Source of the DNA: Bacillota bacterium
GTDB lineage: Bacteria; Bacillota; Ch66; Ch109
Length of the DNA: 64,000 nucleotides
Assembly (NCBI GenBank): GCA_050952625.1
Contig: JBMNLH010000001.1
Span: 1,440,001-1,504,000 of the forward strand
Direction of reading: 5' to 3'
Within the stretch, counting starts at the first letter, position 1; each line of letters starts with the position of its first letter. The position numbers were made by a program, and so were the translations under genes. A model generated the notes under the pieces. It did no database searches and was not told where the DNA came from. It was given only the letters and a program-made list of their open reading frames with translations. This document shows, piece by piece, positions 1 to 9,876 of this stretch.

Positions 1-279
1 CAGGGTATCCGGATCAAAACTAATTAATCCCTCATAAAGGTTAATCCCAACCATTCGTTCACAGCGCCGGCTCATTAAAGCTGGGTCCAGAGTTTCCGGT
101 GTTTCTACCATCCCAAATTGAAAGGGACGGTCAGAAAAAGTGTAACGCAAGGGTTGCAGAAGGCCGTTTTGCCGCAGTAGCTTTCCGGCTGCCGCGGCTG
201 AAACTAATAGTAAAACTGCCAGGATTACTATTAATAAGTTTCTAGTTCGCCCTGATCCGCGATATTTTCTTCGCACCAT
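1..279 (-). CDS. ABC transporter substrate-binding protein, family 5 (peptide/nickel), N-terminal part; runs off window
   Basis: Not in ORF track; read by hand: MVRRKYRGSGRTRNLLIVILAVLLLVSAAAAG...ETPETLDPAL...INLYEGLISFDPDTL; LDP..(x)LYEGL is typical of SBP family 5 N-termini. Confidence 0.75.
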   Translation of the reverse strand, partial: MVRRKYRGSGRTRNLLIVILAVLLLVSAAAAGKLLRQNGLLQPLRYTFSDRPFQFGMVETPETLDPALMSRRCERMVGINLYEGLISFDPDTL

Positions 280-531
280 ATTCCACCATCCCATCCAGAA
301 CCTAAATACTCTAACCATTATATTCCATTATACGGGGTAAAAAAAGCAGTTATGCTTAAATTAAACCAATTGATTGCCTGCCTCCGGCTGTGTTTATGAC
401 CGCATTTTCTTCTTTCACGGTAGCTATACCAGCTATCCACTAACGCAGAAGGCATTGGAACCAATAGAAACTAAGGAGAATATAATGTCTCAGGATAATT
501 CCCAAACAATTAACTTAAGGAGGTAATCTTA

Positions 532-666
532 ATGTCCCATTCTGACATTGCCGGAGGATTCCCCTTCTTCGGGGGATGCTTTAACAACCTGGCTTTCTGT
601 GTAGCTGTTCTCCTGGTAATTCAGTGCTGCCTCGGTGGATTTGGCGGCTTTGGTGGCTGCAGATAG
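532..666 (+). CDS. Small 44-aa Gly/Cys/Phe-rich hydrophobic peptide, YjcZ-like sporulation protein candidate
   Basis: SD AAGGAGGT at 517-524; MSHSDIAGGFPFFGGCFNNLAFCVAVLLVIQCCLGGFGGFGGCR*; followed by a hairpin; below ORF-track length cutoff. Confidence 0.7.
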   Translation: MSHSDIAGGFPFFGGCFNNLAFCVAVLLVIQCCLGGFGGFGGCR

Positions 667-687
667 CATCTACCTGATTCAACGGCA

Positions 688-723
688 AAGCAGGGCCGGA
701 CTAAATGCCCGGCTCTGCTTTTC
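688..723. terminator. Probable bidirectional intrinsic terminator
   Basis: AGCAGGGCCGG-actaaatgc-CCGGCTCTGCT followed by a T-tract, between convergent genes. Confidence 0.7.
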
Positions 724-732
724 TTCTTACTC

Positions 733-1317
733 TCACTCGTCCCTACTCCCAGTATATAGTCGCCGGTAGACTTGATAGTCAGTAATCACCTTTCTTACGT
801 AATCTCTGGTTTCAAGGAAAGGAATGTTTTCAATCGTTTCCCAACGGCCATCCCACTGACCGGTTGACAACCAGGTTTTTACTTTAGTCGGGCCGGCATT
901 ATAAGCAGTAATCATTAATAGTTGGTTGCCCTGAAATTCATGTGCTAACTGAGCTAAATACCAGCAACCAATCTGAATGTTCCGTTCTGGATCATACAGT
1001 TGCGTCGGTTTATAATCCTTCAGCTTAATCTGTTCGGCTGCCCACTGGCCTGTTTCCGGCATTATCTGCATCAAGCCGCGGGCTCCTTTACTTGATTCGG
1101 CCTTTTCATCAAAATGGCTTTCGACGCGCATAACAGCAGTTGCCAGATATGGATCGATGCCCCATATGCCGGTATAATAGAAAATTTGATCCTGGTAAGG
1201 TATGGGGTAAACAGTCTTTTTTAAAAACCAGGGCGAATTTAGCAAAAGTAGCACGGCTACGGCCACCAATAAAAAAATCCAGGCCTGAATTCGGATTTTG
1301 GGCCTGCGGATATACAT
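733..1317 (-). CDS. Lytic transglycosylase, SLT domain, N-terminal membrane anchor
   Basis: Motifs VESHF (catalytic E), GARGLMQIMP, AYNAG, ETRDYV; start moved to ATG 1317 because of upstream AGGAG. Confidence 0.9.
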   Translation of the reverse strand: MYIRRPKIRIQAWIFLLVAVAVLLLLNSPWFLKKTVYPIPYQDQIFYYTGIWGIDPYLATAVMRVESHFDEKAESSKGARGLMQIMPETGQWAAEQIKLKDYKPTQLYDPERNIQIGCWYLAQLAHEFQGNQLLMITAYNAGPTKVKTWLSTGQWDGRWETIENIPFLETRDYVRKVITDYQVYRRLYTGSRDE

Positions 1318-1346
1318 ATAGTAACTTCTCCTGTGCCAAATTTCGG

Positions 1347-1949
1347 TTAATGTTCCCGGTTTAATTCGTCCCACATTCCTCGCACTTGACTAAGGGTCGC
1401 AGCGAGACTTCCGCTGTTATCGATTACTTTATCAGCCCATTTTAGTTTTTCCGGCAGGGCCATTTGCGAAGCGATTCGGTTTCTCGCCTCCTCCTCGGTC
1501 ATCCCATTTCGCGCTTTAAGTCGGGCAATCTGGGTCTGTTCATCCACTGCCACTAACCAGATTTGGTCGACTAGGGTCGTAAAACTGGCTTCGATTAATA
1601 GGGGGGCATCGACTACCGCCACCGTTTCTGGTCTTTCCATGGCCAAGTGATCCAGTTGTTCTCGGGTTCTTTCTTTGACCCGGGGATGGGTCATCTGATT
1701 CAACTTCCCCCGGGCTACTGGATTAGAAAAGACGATCTGACCAAGAGCTAAACGATCAAGATTTCCCTCGGGTGTTAATACACCTGGTCCAAAATAGTCA
1801 ACAATCTCCTGCCAGGCTAGGGTACCCGGTTCAACAATTTCCCTAGCTAAAATATCCGTGTCAATGATAACTGCCCCAAGTTCACGCAAATAGTTAGAAA
1901 CTGTGGTTTTCCCACTGGCAATTCCGCCAGTCAAACCGATCACTTTCAA
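1347..1949 (-). CDS. coaE: Dephospho-CoA kinase
   Basis: IGLTGGIASGKTTV P-loop, THPRV, DAPLLIE, IDNSG; polA-mutM-coaE synteny. Confidence 0.97.
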   Translation of the reverse strand: MKVIGLTGGIASGKTTVSNYLRELGAVIIDTDILAREIVEPGTLAWQEIVDYFGPGVLTPEGNLDRLALGQIVFSNPVARGKLNQMTHPRVKERTREQLDHLAMERPETVAVVDAPLLIEASFTTLVDQIWLVAVDEQTQIARLKARNGMTEEEARNRIASQMALPEKLKWADKVIDNSGSLAATLSQVRGMWDELNREH

Positions 1950-2026
1950 TTTCTGCCCACCACCATATTATGAAATCAATCAGGTCATTAGACTAATCTC
2001 GAAAATTTATATGCCAATCAGGTTTA

Positions 2027-2923
2027 TTAATCGTGCTGCTTCGCGGCATGTCGGGCCCCTCCATGATGATGGTCACAAACATTAGGCTGACATTGAGGGC
2101 AGTAATGGGAACTCCGGCCTCCAACCTTGAGCCGTTGGATAACCGACGCGCAGCGACGGCAATCCTGGCCGGTCCGCCGGTAAACCTGAAGGTAGTTTTG
2201 AAATTCACCTGGTTGACCCTCGCCATCGACATAATCGCTGATTGAAGTTCCCCGGCAATCAATTCCCTGCTGCAAAACAGACTGAATCGACTGGTAGAGT
2301 CTAGCTAGTTCATCAGCGGTCAGGGACGCCCCGATTCTCTCCGGATGAAGTTTGGCTGCATAAAGAATCTCATCGGCATAGATGTTGCCAATACCGGCAA
2401 CAATCGTTTGATCCAACAATAATTGTTTAATCTTAGCCTTCCGACCCCGCACCTTCTTTTCCAGCCAATTCAGAGTGAATTCTTGGCCTAGCGGTTCGGG
2501 GCCAAGATCTTTCAGGCCTTTCAAGCTGAGACAATCTTCAGTCTGGATCAGGGCAAGGTACCCAAACTGCCGCAAATCATGAAAAACTAGAACTCCTCCG
2601 TTATCAAGACTGAAAGCGGCATGCAGGTGGCACCAAGCTCCTTCATCACGGTTTATTACCAGTCCGGGGGGACCGTAAATCAAGCGACCGGTCATTTTCA
2701 GGTGAACTACCAGGGTCCAACCACCGGTGAGGCGGGCTAAAAGATACTTGCCGCGCCGGTCCAGTTTCAGGAACCGTTGGCCCAATAATTTTTGTTTAAA
2801 CTCGTCAACCGATAGGTAGCGAACAATCTTAGGGAGAAAAATCTGCACCTCAGTGATGGATCGCCCAGAGAGGTGAGGTGTGAGCGAACGTCGGACCGTC
2901 TCAACTTCGGGTAGTTCCGGCAA
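2027..2923 (-). CDS. mutM: Formamidopyrimidine-DNA glycosylase
   Basis: TTG start giving PELPEVET; RRGKYL, HLKMTG, GIGNIYADE, C-terminal CxxC...CxxC zinc finger. Confidence 0.97.
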   Translation of the reverse strand: MPELPEVETVRRSLTPHLSGRSITEVQIFLPKIVRYLSVDEFKQKLLGQRFLKLDRRGKYLLARLTGGWTLVVHLKMTGRLIYGPPGLVINRDEGAWCHLHAAFSLDNGGVLVFHDLRQFGYLALIQTEDCLSLKGLKDLGPEPLGQEFTLNWLEKKVRGRKAKIKQLLLDQTIVAGIGNIYADEILYAAKLHPERIGASLTADELARLYQSIQSVLQQGIDCRGTSISDYVDGEGQPGEFQNYLQVYRRTGQDCRRCASVIQRLKVGGRSSHYCPQCQPNVCDHHHGGARHAAKQHD

Positions 2924-3102
2924 ACTTAGTCCCCCAATCATAACGGTGTATATATTAATGACGCAGATATATTAAATTACCGTTAGCGATAAACGTCAGC
3001 CCTGCTTGTTTTAAAAATGATCTAAACCGCCAATCGCTGAGCTTCGAAAAACGCTGCGCGATCAATTTTTTATGTTCTGACGGTGCGGCTTAGCGATTAT
3101 GG

Positions 3103-5902
3103 TCAAAAATCCTTAGGCAGGGGCATCAGCTCGTACCAGTTAGGGCCGATTTCTAAATCAACCACTAGCGGAACGCGCAGAGTAACCGCATTTTCCATGG
3201 CCTGTCGAACCAGGCCCGCCATCTCTGCTAACTCGTTGGGCGGTATTTCGAAAATTAGTTCATCATGTACCTGCAGGAGCATTCGGGAACGTAGTTGGCA
3301 CTGCTTTATCTCTTTCGCTACTTTAAGCATCGCGACCTTGATGATGTCAGAGGCTGTCCCTTGAATCGGGGTATTCAGTGCCGCTCTTTCCCCAAACCCG
3401 CGCACATTCCGATTACTGCTAAATATTTCTGGCAGATACCGGCGTCTCCCCAGCAGGGTGGTTACATACCCTTTCTCCCGGGCTTCCCGCACAATGCGGG
3501 ACATGAACTCCCGAACTCCTCGATAGGTGGAAAGGTACTGTTCAATATAGCGTTTGGCTTCGGTCCGGCTTATTCCCAGATCTCTGGCCAGACCAAAATC
3601 TGATATTCCATAAACAATGCCGAAGTTCACGGCCTTGGCCCGGTAACGCATTTCCCGGGTAACTAATTCTTCAGGCAAGCCGAATACTTGAGCCGCAGTG
3701 TGGGTGTGAATATCTCGTCCTTCCCGAAAAGCCCTGATTAGCTCCTCATCTTCCGAGATATGAGCTAAAGCCCGTAAATCAATTTGGGAATAGTCAGCCG
3801 CCAGGATTAACCAACCTGGTTCTGAAGGAGCAAAAAATTTGCGGATGCGGCGGCCAAACTCCAACCGGATGGGAATATTCTGCAGATTAGGCTCAGTGCT
3901 GCTGAGTCTTCCGGTGGCGGTTATGGCTTGATTAAAGGTGGTATGCACCTTCCCCGTGCGCGGGTTAACCAGGTGCCGCATGCCGTCTACGTAGGTAGAT
4001 TTCAGTTTAACCAACTGACGGTGTTCCAGAATTCGCGCCACAATTTCGTGCTGACCGGCTAATTCCTCGAGAACTCCTGCATCGGTAGAATACCCGGTCT
4101 TGGTTTTTTTCAATACCGGTAAATTTAATTTCTCAAACAAGATAACCCCCAACTGACGGGTCGAGTTGATGTTAAACTCCTCACCGGCCAAAACGTGAAT
4201 TTCTTTGGTTAGTTCTTCCAGGCGAGTGCCCAATTCTTTGGACATTCCTTCCAATGCTTCAGCATCAAGGAAAACTCCGGCCTGCTCCATCTCGGCTAAT
4301 ACCCGAATCAACGGCAATTCTACTTCCCGGTAAAGAGAAGTTAATTCCATCTGCTGCAACTGCTCAACCAAAAAGCGATGCAACTGAAAAATACAATCTG
4401 CGCGCCGACCGGCCAGCCAAACTGAATCATCCGAAGGGAGAATCAACTGATTCAGGTACTGCAGGGATAATTCCTCCAGACTTAATTTAGCTAGGCCTGG
4501 ATTAGTCAAGTAAGCCTCAAGCAAGGTATCTCCTGCCAGTCCGTTTAGCTGGATTCCAGCTTGGTCAAGCAGTATCAGCGCAGCCTTAGCATCATGGAAG
4601 ACCTTGGGCAGTTGGCCATCCTCCAGCCAACCCTTGATCTGACTGCGCAGTCTTAGGCTCAGACTCGAATCTTCCGTAGCCGCCGGCACCCGTAACCGTC
4701 GGGCCCGATGTTGTTCCCAGCAAAGACTCAGGTAAGTAGGCTGCCCTCGCAACGGATGCGGATCAGTGGACTCCAGGTAAATCGCGACACAAGGGGCTTG
4801 TCCTTGTTCCGCTCCCAGCGGTGTCTGGCTTGCCCGTTGTTTCAAGGCTGCCAGTTCCTCAACGAGTGTATTAAGCTCATCCTCATCTGCTACTTGCCAG
4901 TAATCTCGTTCAACGGGTTCCGTTTCTTCGGAAAAGGCCTGTTTTACTTCTTTCTGAACCGGTATTGAACCGGTCTCTATAATGGGTTCCGGTCCTGCTG
5001 GCCGTACCATCTGTGCGGTTACCCGTTTGATCAGGGTCCGAAACTCCAGTTCCCGAAAAACCTTAATCAACTCATCATAATTAGGGCCGGTATAACGGCA
5101 CTGGTTCCAATCCACTTGAATCGGCACATCCCGGACAATGGTGGCCAGCCACTTGCTGCGCCGCACTTGTTCTTCCAAATCTTCTAATAGTTGACCGACC
5201 CGGCCGCGAATCTCCCCGCGCCGCTGAAACATTTCCTCAATGCTGCCGAATTGCTGAATAAGCTTGACAGCAGTCTTTGGTCCGACTGACGGGACGCCCG
5301 GGATGTTATCTGAGTTATCTCCTTCGAGTGATTTCACGTCAATTAATTGCTGTGGGGATAAGCCACCGTACTTATCGGCAATTTTCTGTAGATCATAAAT
5401 ATCCAAATTGCTGATTCCCTTGCGGGTGATCAAGGCCTTGGTGGCTGGGCCAACCAGTTGCAGGATGTCCCGATCCCCACTGACAATTACCGTTTCTAGG
5501 CCCTGCTCCTCTGCCAAGTGAGCTAGGGTCCCAATCAAATCGTCCGCCTCATAATTCTCCAGCTCATAAACTGGAATATTCATCGCCTGCAAGATCTGTT
5601 TAATCAGAGGAAATTGGGGGCGCAGGTCATCCGGCGTTGCCGCCCTCTGGCTTTTGTAGTCAGCAAATTCCGCATGCCGAAAGGTTACCTTCCCCTTATC
5701 AAAGGCAACGGCCAAATACTCGGGTTTTTTCGTCCTCAATCAGTTTGAACAGCATGGTCGTAAAGCCATAGACCGCATTCGTCGCCACACCCTGGCTGGT
5801 TGTCAGAGAATTAATCGCATGATAGGCGCGGTGGGTCAAGCTGTTCCCATCTAGTACCATGAATTTTCCCTTGTTGGTTTTATTATTACTCAATTGAAAC
5901 AC
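3103..5902 (-). CDS. polA: DNA polymerase I, reading frame split by a +1 nt in the homopolymer at 5725-5730
   Basis: ORF 5699-5902 has LDGNSL..RAYHA..TNAVYGF; ORF 3103-5739 continues KPEYLAVAFD and has TGRLSS, ADYSQI, KAVNFGIVYG, QVHDEL; removing one A gives ...EDEKPEYLAVAFD. Confidence 0.93.
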
Positions 5903-6154
5903 CTTTTTCTGTCAAAAATCAGGACTATAATTCACCTGCAACGACAATTAAATATACTTAATATAGCCAGGAGCAAATATGATACGGTAAGACTTAATTA
6001 AAAGAATAATTCTAGTATCTTGTCATTATGTTATTTTCGTCCGTGATCGCGCCCAGCGAGCATGTCGGTTAACACTGTTAAGAAGCAGGCGATAAACCTT
6101 GTGACGCTAATCGTTAGACTTAAAACGCAAGCAAGAAAAAACAGAACGCGCTAT

Positions 6155-7339
6155 TTATTTTAAGTGATGCTGGTTCGAGCCATTAGCTGACTTTAACTCT
6201 ATTGTAACCCAGTCACCTTCAACCTTAACCGTGGTGTTCAGTTTTTGACAAAGGTTAACGACCTGATTCATCAGTTTTTCTTGTCGGTTGTCAGTTGCCC
6301 ACTGTGGTTGCGATTGAGTAATGAAGACTGGCCGAACGCGAGCCTTCTGCACTCCATTATGATCTAGTTCTGCTTGCAGCACCAGACCTTCCCGGGTCGA
6401 TTCAGACCAGTTCTGGTCAAAGATAAAGTTTCCCAGGCTGTAGGCGATCAATTTATCGTGGTATACCTCCAGTCCTTGTAACCAGTGCGGATGGTGGCCT
6501 AAAATCAGATCCACGCCCTCATCAATTAGACGATGAGCCATCTCACGCTGGGCTTTACTTGGCTGATCCACGTACTCGACGCCCCAATGCAAGGAAACCA
6601 CCACCAAATCTACTTGTTGCCGGACCGCCCGGACATCCTCTAGTATATCATTCAAAACCATGGGGGCTACTCCTGGCAGATCCTTGGTCGCCCGATGGGC
6701 CCGAGGGTATTTATGACTGAAATAGATATCAGCCAAATCACTATAAGCTAGAAAAGCAATCCGGATACCGTTCTGTTGGATGATTGCCGGTTGCCTAGCC
6801 CGAGTAATATCAGCTCCAGCACCAATCACTTTTATGCCGGACTCGGTAAGCCGTTCAATTGTTTCCAACAATGCAGGCGAATCATAATCCAGGGCATGGT
6901 TATTAGCCAGGCTGACTACATCAAACCCGCCTAGCTTCAAAGACTCTATTGCATCAGGCTTGGCTCGGAAACAGATCTGTTTTCCAGGGAGGGGTTGGCC
7001 GCTTTCTGCAATGGGACTTTCCAGATTGGCAAAGGTGATATCTCCTTCCGCTAAGCTAGGCCCCAAAAGTTTTAAAGAATAGTCCTGGCCATTAGTCTCA
7101 AGCAAGCGTCCGACATGGCGGGCCAGCATGATATCACCAACGGCATTTAAAGTAACCGTATATTTGGGTACTGGCCGCATTTGTTCCGGCTCTGGCGGAG
7201 TATTCTCATTCACCACCGGATCCTTTTTCAATAATAAACTAAAATCAAGAGCCCCGGCTATATATAAGCCAATCAGGGAACCGGAAAAAAACAGAACTAC
7301 TAAAGTAATTAAGACTAAAGGCCGAATACTTAACCTCAT
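6155..7339 (-). CDS. CapA family metallophosphoesterase-fold protein, membrane anchored
   Basis: VGDIML, ANLESP, SLANNHALDY, SLHWGVEY, LGHHPHWLQ, YSLGNF motifs. Confidence 0.92.
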   Translation of the reverse strand: MRLSIRPLVLITLVVLFFSGSLIGLYIAGALDFSLLLKKDPVVNENTPPEPEQMRPVPKYTVTLNAVGDIMLARHVGRLLETNGQDYSLKLLGPSLAEGDITFANLESPIAESGQPLPGKQICFRAKPDAIESLKLGGFDVVSLANNHALDYDSPALLETIERLTESGIKVIGAGADITRARQPAIIQQNGIRIAFLAYSDLADIYFSHKYPRAHRATKDLPGVAPMVLNDILEDVRAVRQQVDLVVVSLHWGVEYVDQPSKAQREMAHRLIDEGVDLILGHHPHWLQGLEVYHDKLIAYSLGNFIFDQNWSESTREGLVLQAELDHNGVQKARVRPVFITQSQPQWATDNRQEKLMNQVVNLCQKLNTTVKVEGDWVTIELKSANGSNQHHLK

Positions 7340-7396
7340 CTGACCACTCCCTATATTCTTCGATTATTATACTTTCGTCGTTCGGCGCCAAATCCC

Positions 7397-7512
7397 TTTA
7401 TCTGATTCAAAAGACCCCTACTGATATAAGTTGAGGTTACCTTGTTTAAACTTCAGGTGGAGTAAAGTCTCCAGCTGATGCCTTGATGTTCAGCGTAGCT
7501 AAACGAGTTCAC
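7397..7512 (+). mobile_element. ~116-bp non-autonomous IS200/IS605-like miniature element (PATE-like), copy 1
   Basis: Aligns by eye with 54378-54494 and 61076-61192; starts TTTAT, three internal hairpins, ends GAGTTCAC. Confidence 0.65.
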
Positions 7513-7613
7513 TCTGGAAAAAATGCGCCAACCCAGGTATTTAGATGCCCGGATTGGCGTTCCAGAAAGAATTTGGAAAACATATAGGAGGATAAAGTAA
7601 GTTGGCCGATAAG

Positions 7614-9569
7614 TTATTTCCCCGGCAGTATTTTTAGAAGTTGGCGTGAGAGCTCAGCTAGATCCTGTTTTTGATGATCAACTATTTGGTTAAGCAAACG
7701 GCGAACATCCGGCCTAGTGGCATATCTTATCTGCTTCTCATAAGTGGTAATCGCATCTGCCTCTAATTGAACCGCTCGAGTCAGATAATCTCTCGCTTTC
7801 GTTTTATCTACTGGTCTCGGACGCACCTGTCTAACTGGAGGCCCAAAAAACAGTCCTCTCTGCTGCTGACCTGGAGAACTCTTCTTCTTTTCTGGGGCAT
7901 AATGATCTTTGGGCAACCAATCATCGTAGAATCCCTTATCATCTGCTAAAGGATCTATTTTACCAATCATCGCCAGAATCATCTTGAAGTGTTTCGATTC
8001 CTCTAGAGCTTCACGATAAAATAATTCACCAAGACTGCCGCCTAATTCTTCGGCAGCTTTAAAGTAGAAATCTATTACTCCCGCCTCCCAGCTCAGGTCA
8101 TCCCGTAATATATTAAGGTCAATTAAATGATTGACACGCTGTTTGACTGGAGAATATTTTTCTTTTTGGTCTGGATACTCAAATCTAGTTTCATCCGACT
8201 CAATCGGCAGCTCATAATCGTCTTGCCATTGTCCTGCTTCCGGAAGTAAGGACCATTCTTGTTGTTGCTCCCAATCCATCCCCATGTCAACTTCCATATC
8301 ATAAGGGGGTATCTCCACCGGCAATTCTGGGTCAAACCAGATGTCTTCCGGCCATTGTTGTTCGGGGACTCTCTGGCTCGGTGGAGCCTGAGTCGGCCTC
8401 AACTGCTTTGGCGGTGCTTGCGTTGGTCTTAACTGAGCCGGTGGTGCATACTCAACCGGCAGTTCCTGTCTCGGGTATTCTAGCTCAGGCAACTCTGGCC
8501 ACGCCGGCATTTGCTTCGGTGGTGCCTGAGTCGGTTTCAACTGCTTTGGTGGTGCTTGCGTTGGCTTTAACTGAGCCGGTGGTGCATACTCAACCGGCAG
8601 TTCCTGTCTCGGGTATTCTAGCTCAGGCAACTCTGGCCACGCCGGCATTTGCTTCGGTGGTGCCTGAGTCGGTTTCAACTGCTTTGGTGGTGCTTGCGTT
8701 GGCTTTAACTGAGCCGGTGGTGCATACTCAACCGGCAGTTCCTGTCTCGGGTATTCTAACCCAGGCATTTGCTTCGGCGGTGTCTGAGTTGGTTTATATT
8801 GCTTTGGCGGTGCCTGCGTTGGCTTTAACTGAACCGGCGGAACATACTCGACCGGCAGTTCTTCTAGCGGATATTCTAACTCAGGTAACTTTTGCTTCGG
8901 CGGTGCCTGAGTCGGTTTCAACTGCTTTGGCGGTGCCTGAGTCGGTTTCAACTGCTTTGGCGGTGCCTGGGTTGGCTCAATCTGTACTGGTGCTTGAGTC
9001 GGTTTAATCTGTTCCGGTGCTTGAGTTGGCTTAATCTGCTCCGGTGCCTGAGTTGGCTTAATCTGACCCGGTGCTTGAGTCGGTTTAATCTGTTCTGGTG
9101 CTTGAGTTGGCTTAATCTGTTCTGGTGCCTGAGTTGGTTTAATCTGCTCCGGTACCTGAGTTGGTTTAATCTGCTCCGGTACCTGAGTTGGTTTAATTTG
9201 CTCCGGTGCCTGAGTCGGTTTAATCTGCTCCGGTGCCTGAGTCGGTTTAATCTGCTCCGGTGCTTGAGTTGGTTTAATCTGTTCCGGTGCTTGAGTCGGT
9301 CTTAATCGCCTTGGTCTTTGCGGTGCTTGCGTCGGCTTCAACTGCCCCGGGGCCTGGGTTGGTTTAATCTGTTCCGGTGCCTGAGTCGGTCTTAATCGCC
9401 TTGGTCTTTGCGGTGCTTGCGTCGGTCTTTGCTGTTTCGGAGGGGCCTGAGTCGGAGGAATCACTGGCTGTATTTCCCGCAACACCTCCCCTTCCCCGCC
9501 TTGTTGCCACCACGGAACACCAGAGGGCGACGTCCCAGAGGTGTTGAATAACGGTCTGGTTTCATCCAT
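7614..9569 (-). CDS. Pro/Gln/Thr repeat protein (PTQAP repeats) with C-terminal ferritin-like domain; probable spore coat/exosporium protein
   Basis: SD GGAGG; tandem 9-, 10-, 30- and 46-aa repeats; C-terminus has E..(AGVIDFY)...EESKH and E.DAI..YEKQI...I..HQKQD helical pairs as in ferritin-like folds. Confidence 0.7.
   Translation of the reverse strand: MDETRPLFNTSGTSPSGVPWWQQGGEGEVLREIQPVIPPTQAPPKQQRPTQAPQRPRRLRPTQAPEQIKPTQAPGQLKPTQAPQRPRRLRPTQAPEQIKPTQAPEQIKPTQAPEQIKPTQAPEQIKPTQVPEQIKPTQVPEQIKPTQAPEQIKPTQAPEQIKPTQAPGQIKPTQAPEQIKPTQAPEQIKPTQAPVQIEPTQAPPKQLKPTQAPPKQLKPTQAPPKQKLPELEYPLEELPVEYVPPVQLKPTQAPPKQYKPTQTPPKQMPGLEYPRQELPVEYAPPAQLKPTQAPPKQLKPTQAPPKQMPAWPELPELEYPRQELPVEYAPPAQLKPTQAPPKQLKPTQAPPKQMPAWPELPELEYPRQELPVEYAPPAQLRPTQAPPKQLRPTQAPPSQRVPEQQWPEDIWFDPELPVEIPPYDMEVDMGMDWEQQQEWSLLPEAGQWQDDYELPIESDETRFEYPDQKEKYSPVKQRVNHLIDLNILRDDLSWEAGVIDFYFKAAEELGGSLGELFYREALEESKHFKMILAMIGKIDPLADDKGFYDDWLPKDHYAPEKKKSSPGQQQRGLFFGPPVRQVRPRPVDKTKARDYLTRAVQLEADAITTYEKQIRYATRPDVRRLLNQIVDHQKQDLAELSRQLLKILPGK
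8381..9455. repeat. Coding tandem repeats: 27-bp (PTQAPEQIK), 30-bp (PTQAPPKQLK), 90-bp and 138-bp units
   Basis: GGTGCATACTCAACCGGC at 8443, 8581, 8719 (138-bp period); CTTAATCGCCTTGGTCTTTG at 9301 and 9391; many 27-bp units at ~8990-9300. Confidence 0.95.
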
Positions 9570-9611
9570 GTATTATAACCCTCCATTCAATAGGTCCTAA
9601 ATTCTTAGTAA

Positions 9612-9640
9612 CATTTTATGAGAATAGCCTCTAATCGGTT
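9612..9640 (-). promoter_or_regulatory. SigK-like mother-cell promoter for the repeat/ferritin-like gene
   Basis: Minus strand AACC-N16-CATAAAAT fits the mACm-N16-CATAnnnT consensus. Confidence 0.5.
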
Positions 9641-9741
9641 ACTGGAATGAGCTATTGACGGAGTAGGTTGTATTCTCCCATCCGGGGAAAAGGCGTTTCC
9701 TCACTTAAGCGGTTAAAGCGGCAGTTAGCCTAACAGCGCAC

Positions 9742-9770
9742 AAAACACCCCGGAATAAAACTTCCGGGGT
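9742..9770 (-). terminator. Intrinsic terminator downstream of the NHLP precursor
   Basis: ACCCCGGAA-6nt-TTCCGGGGT followed by GTTTTG on the minus strand. Confidence 0.6.
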
Positions 9771-9876
9771 TACCAGAACAATTTCTTATTACCTTGTCAC
9801 CAAGCTCTGGATCACGAACCTGGCTGGCATCCATGGCAAAAGGACCGTCTACGCAGAGGCTTGACAAAAAAACAAG

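Noticed and set aside
5721-5735. Programmed -1 frameshift in polA at AAAAAAC
   Set aside because: The needed shift is +1 and the heptamer is not in the X-XXY-YYZ phase.
8381-9305. Plus-strand ORFs 8381-9007 and 8892-9305 with repetitive Cys/Leu-rich translations
   Set aside because: Antisense shadows of the PTQAP coding repeats; no SD.
8381-9455. Possible CRISPR array
   Set aside because: Units are contiguous multiples of 3 without unique spacers and lie inside a CDS; no cas genes.
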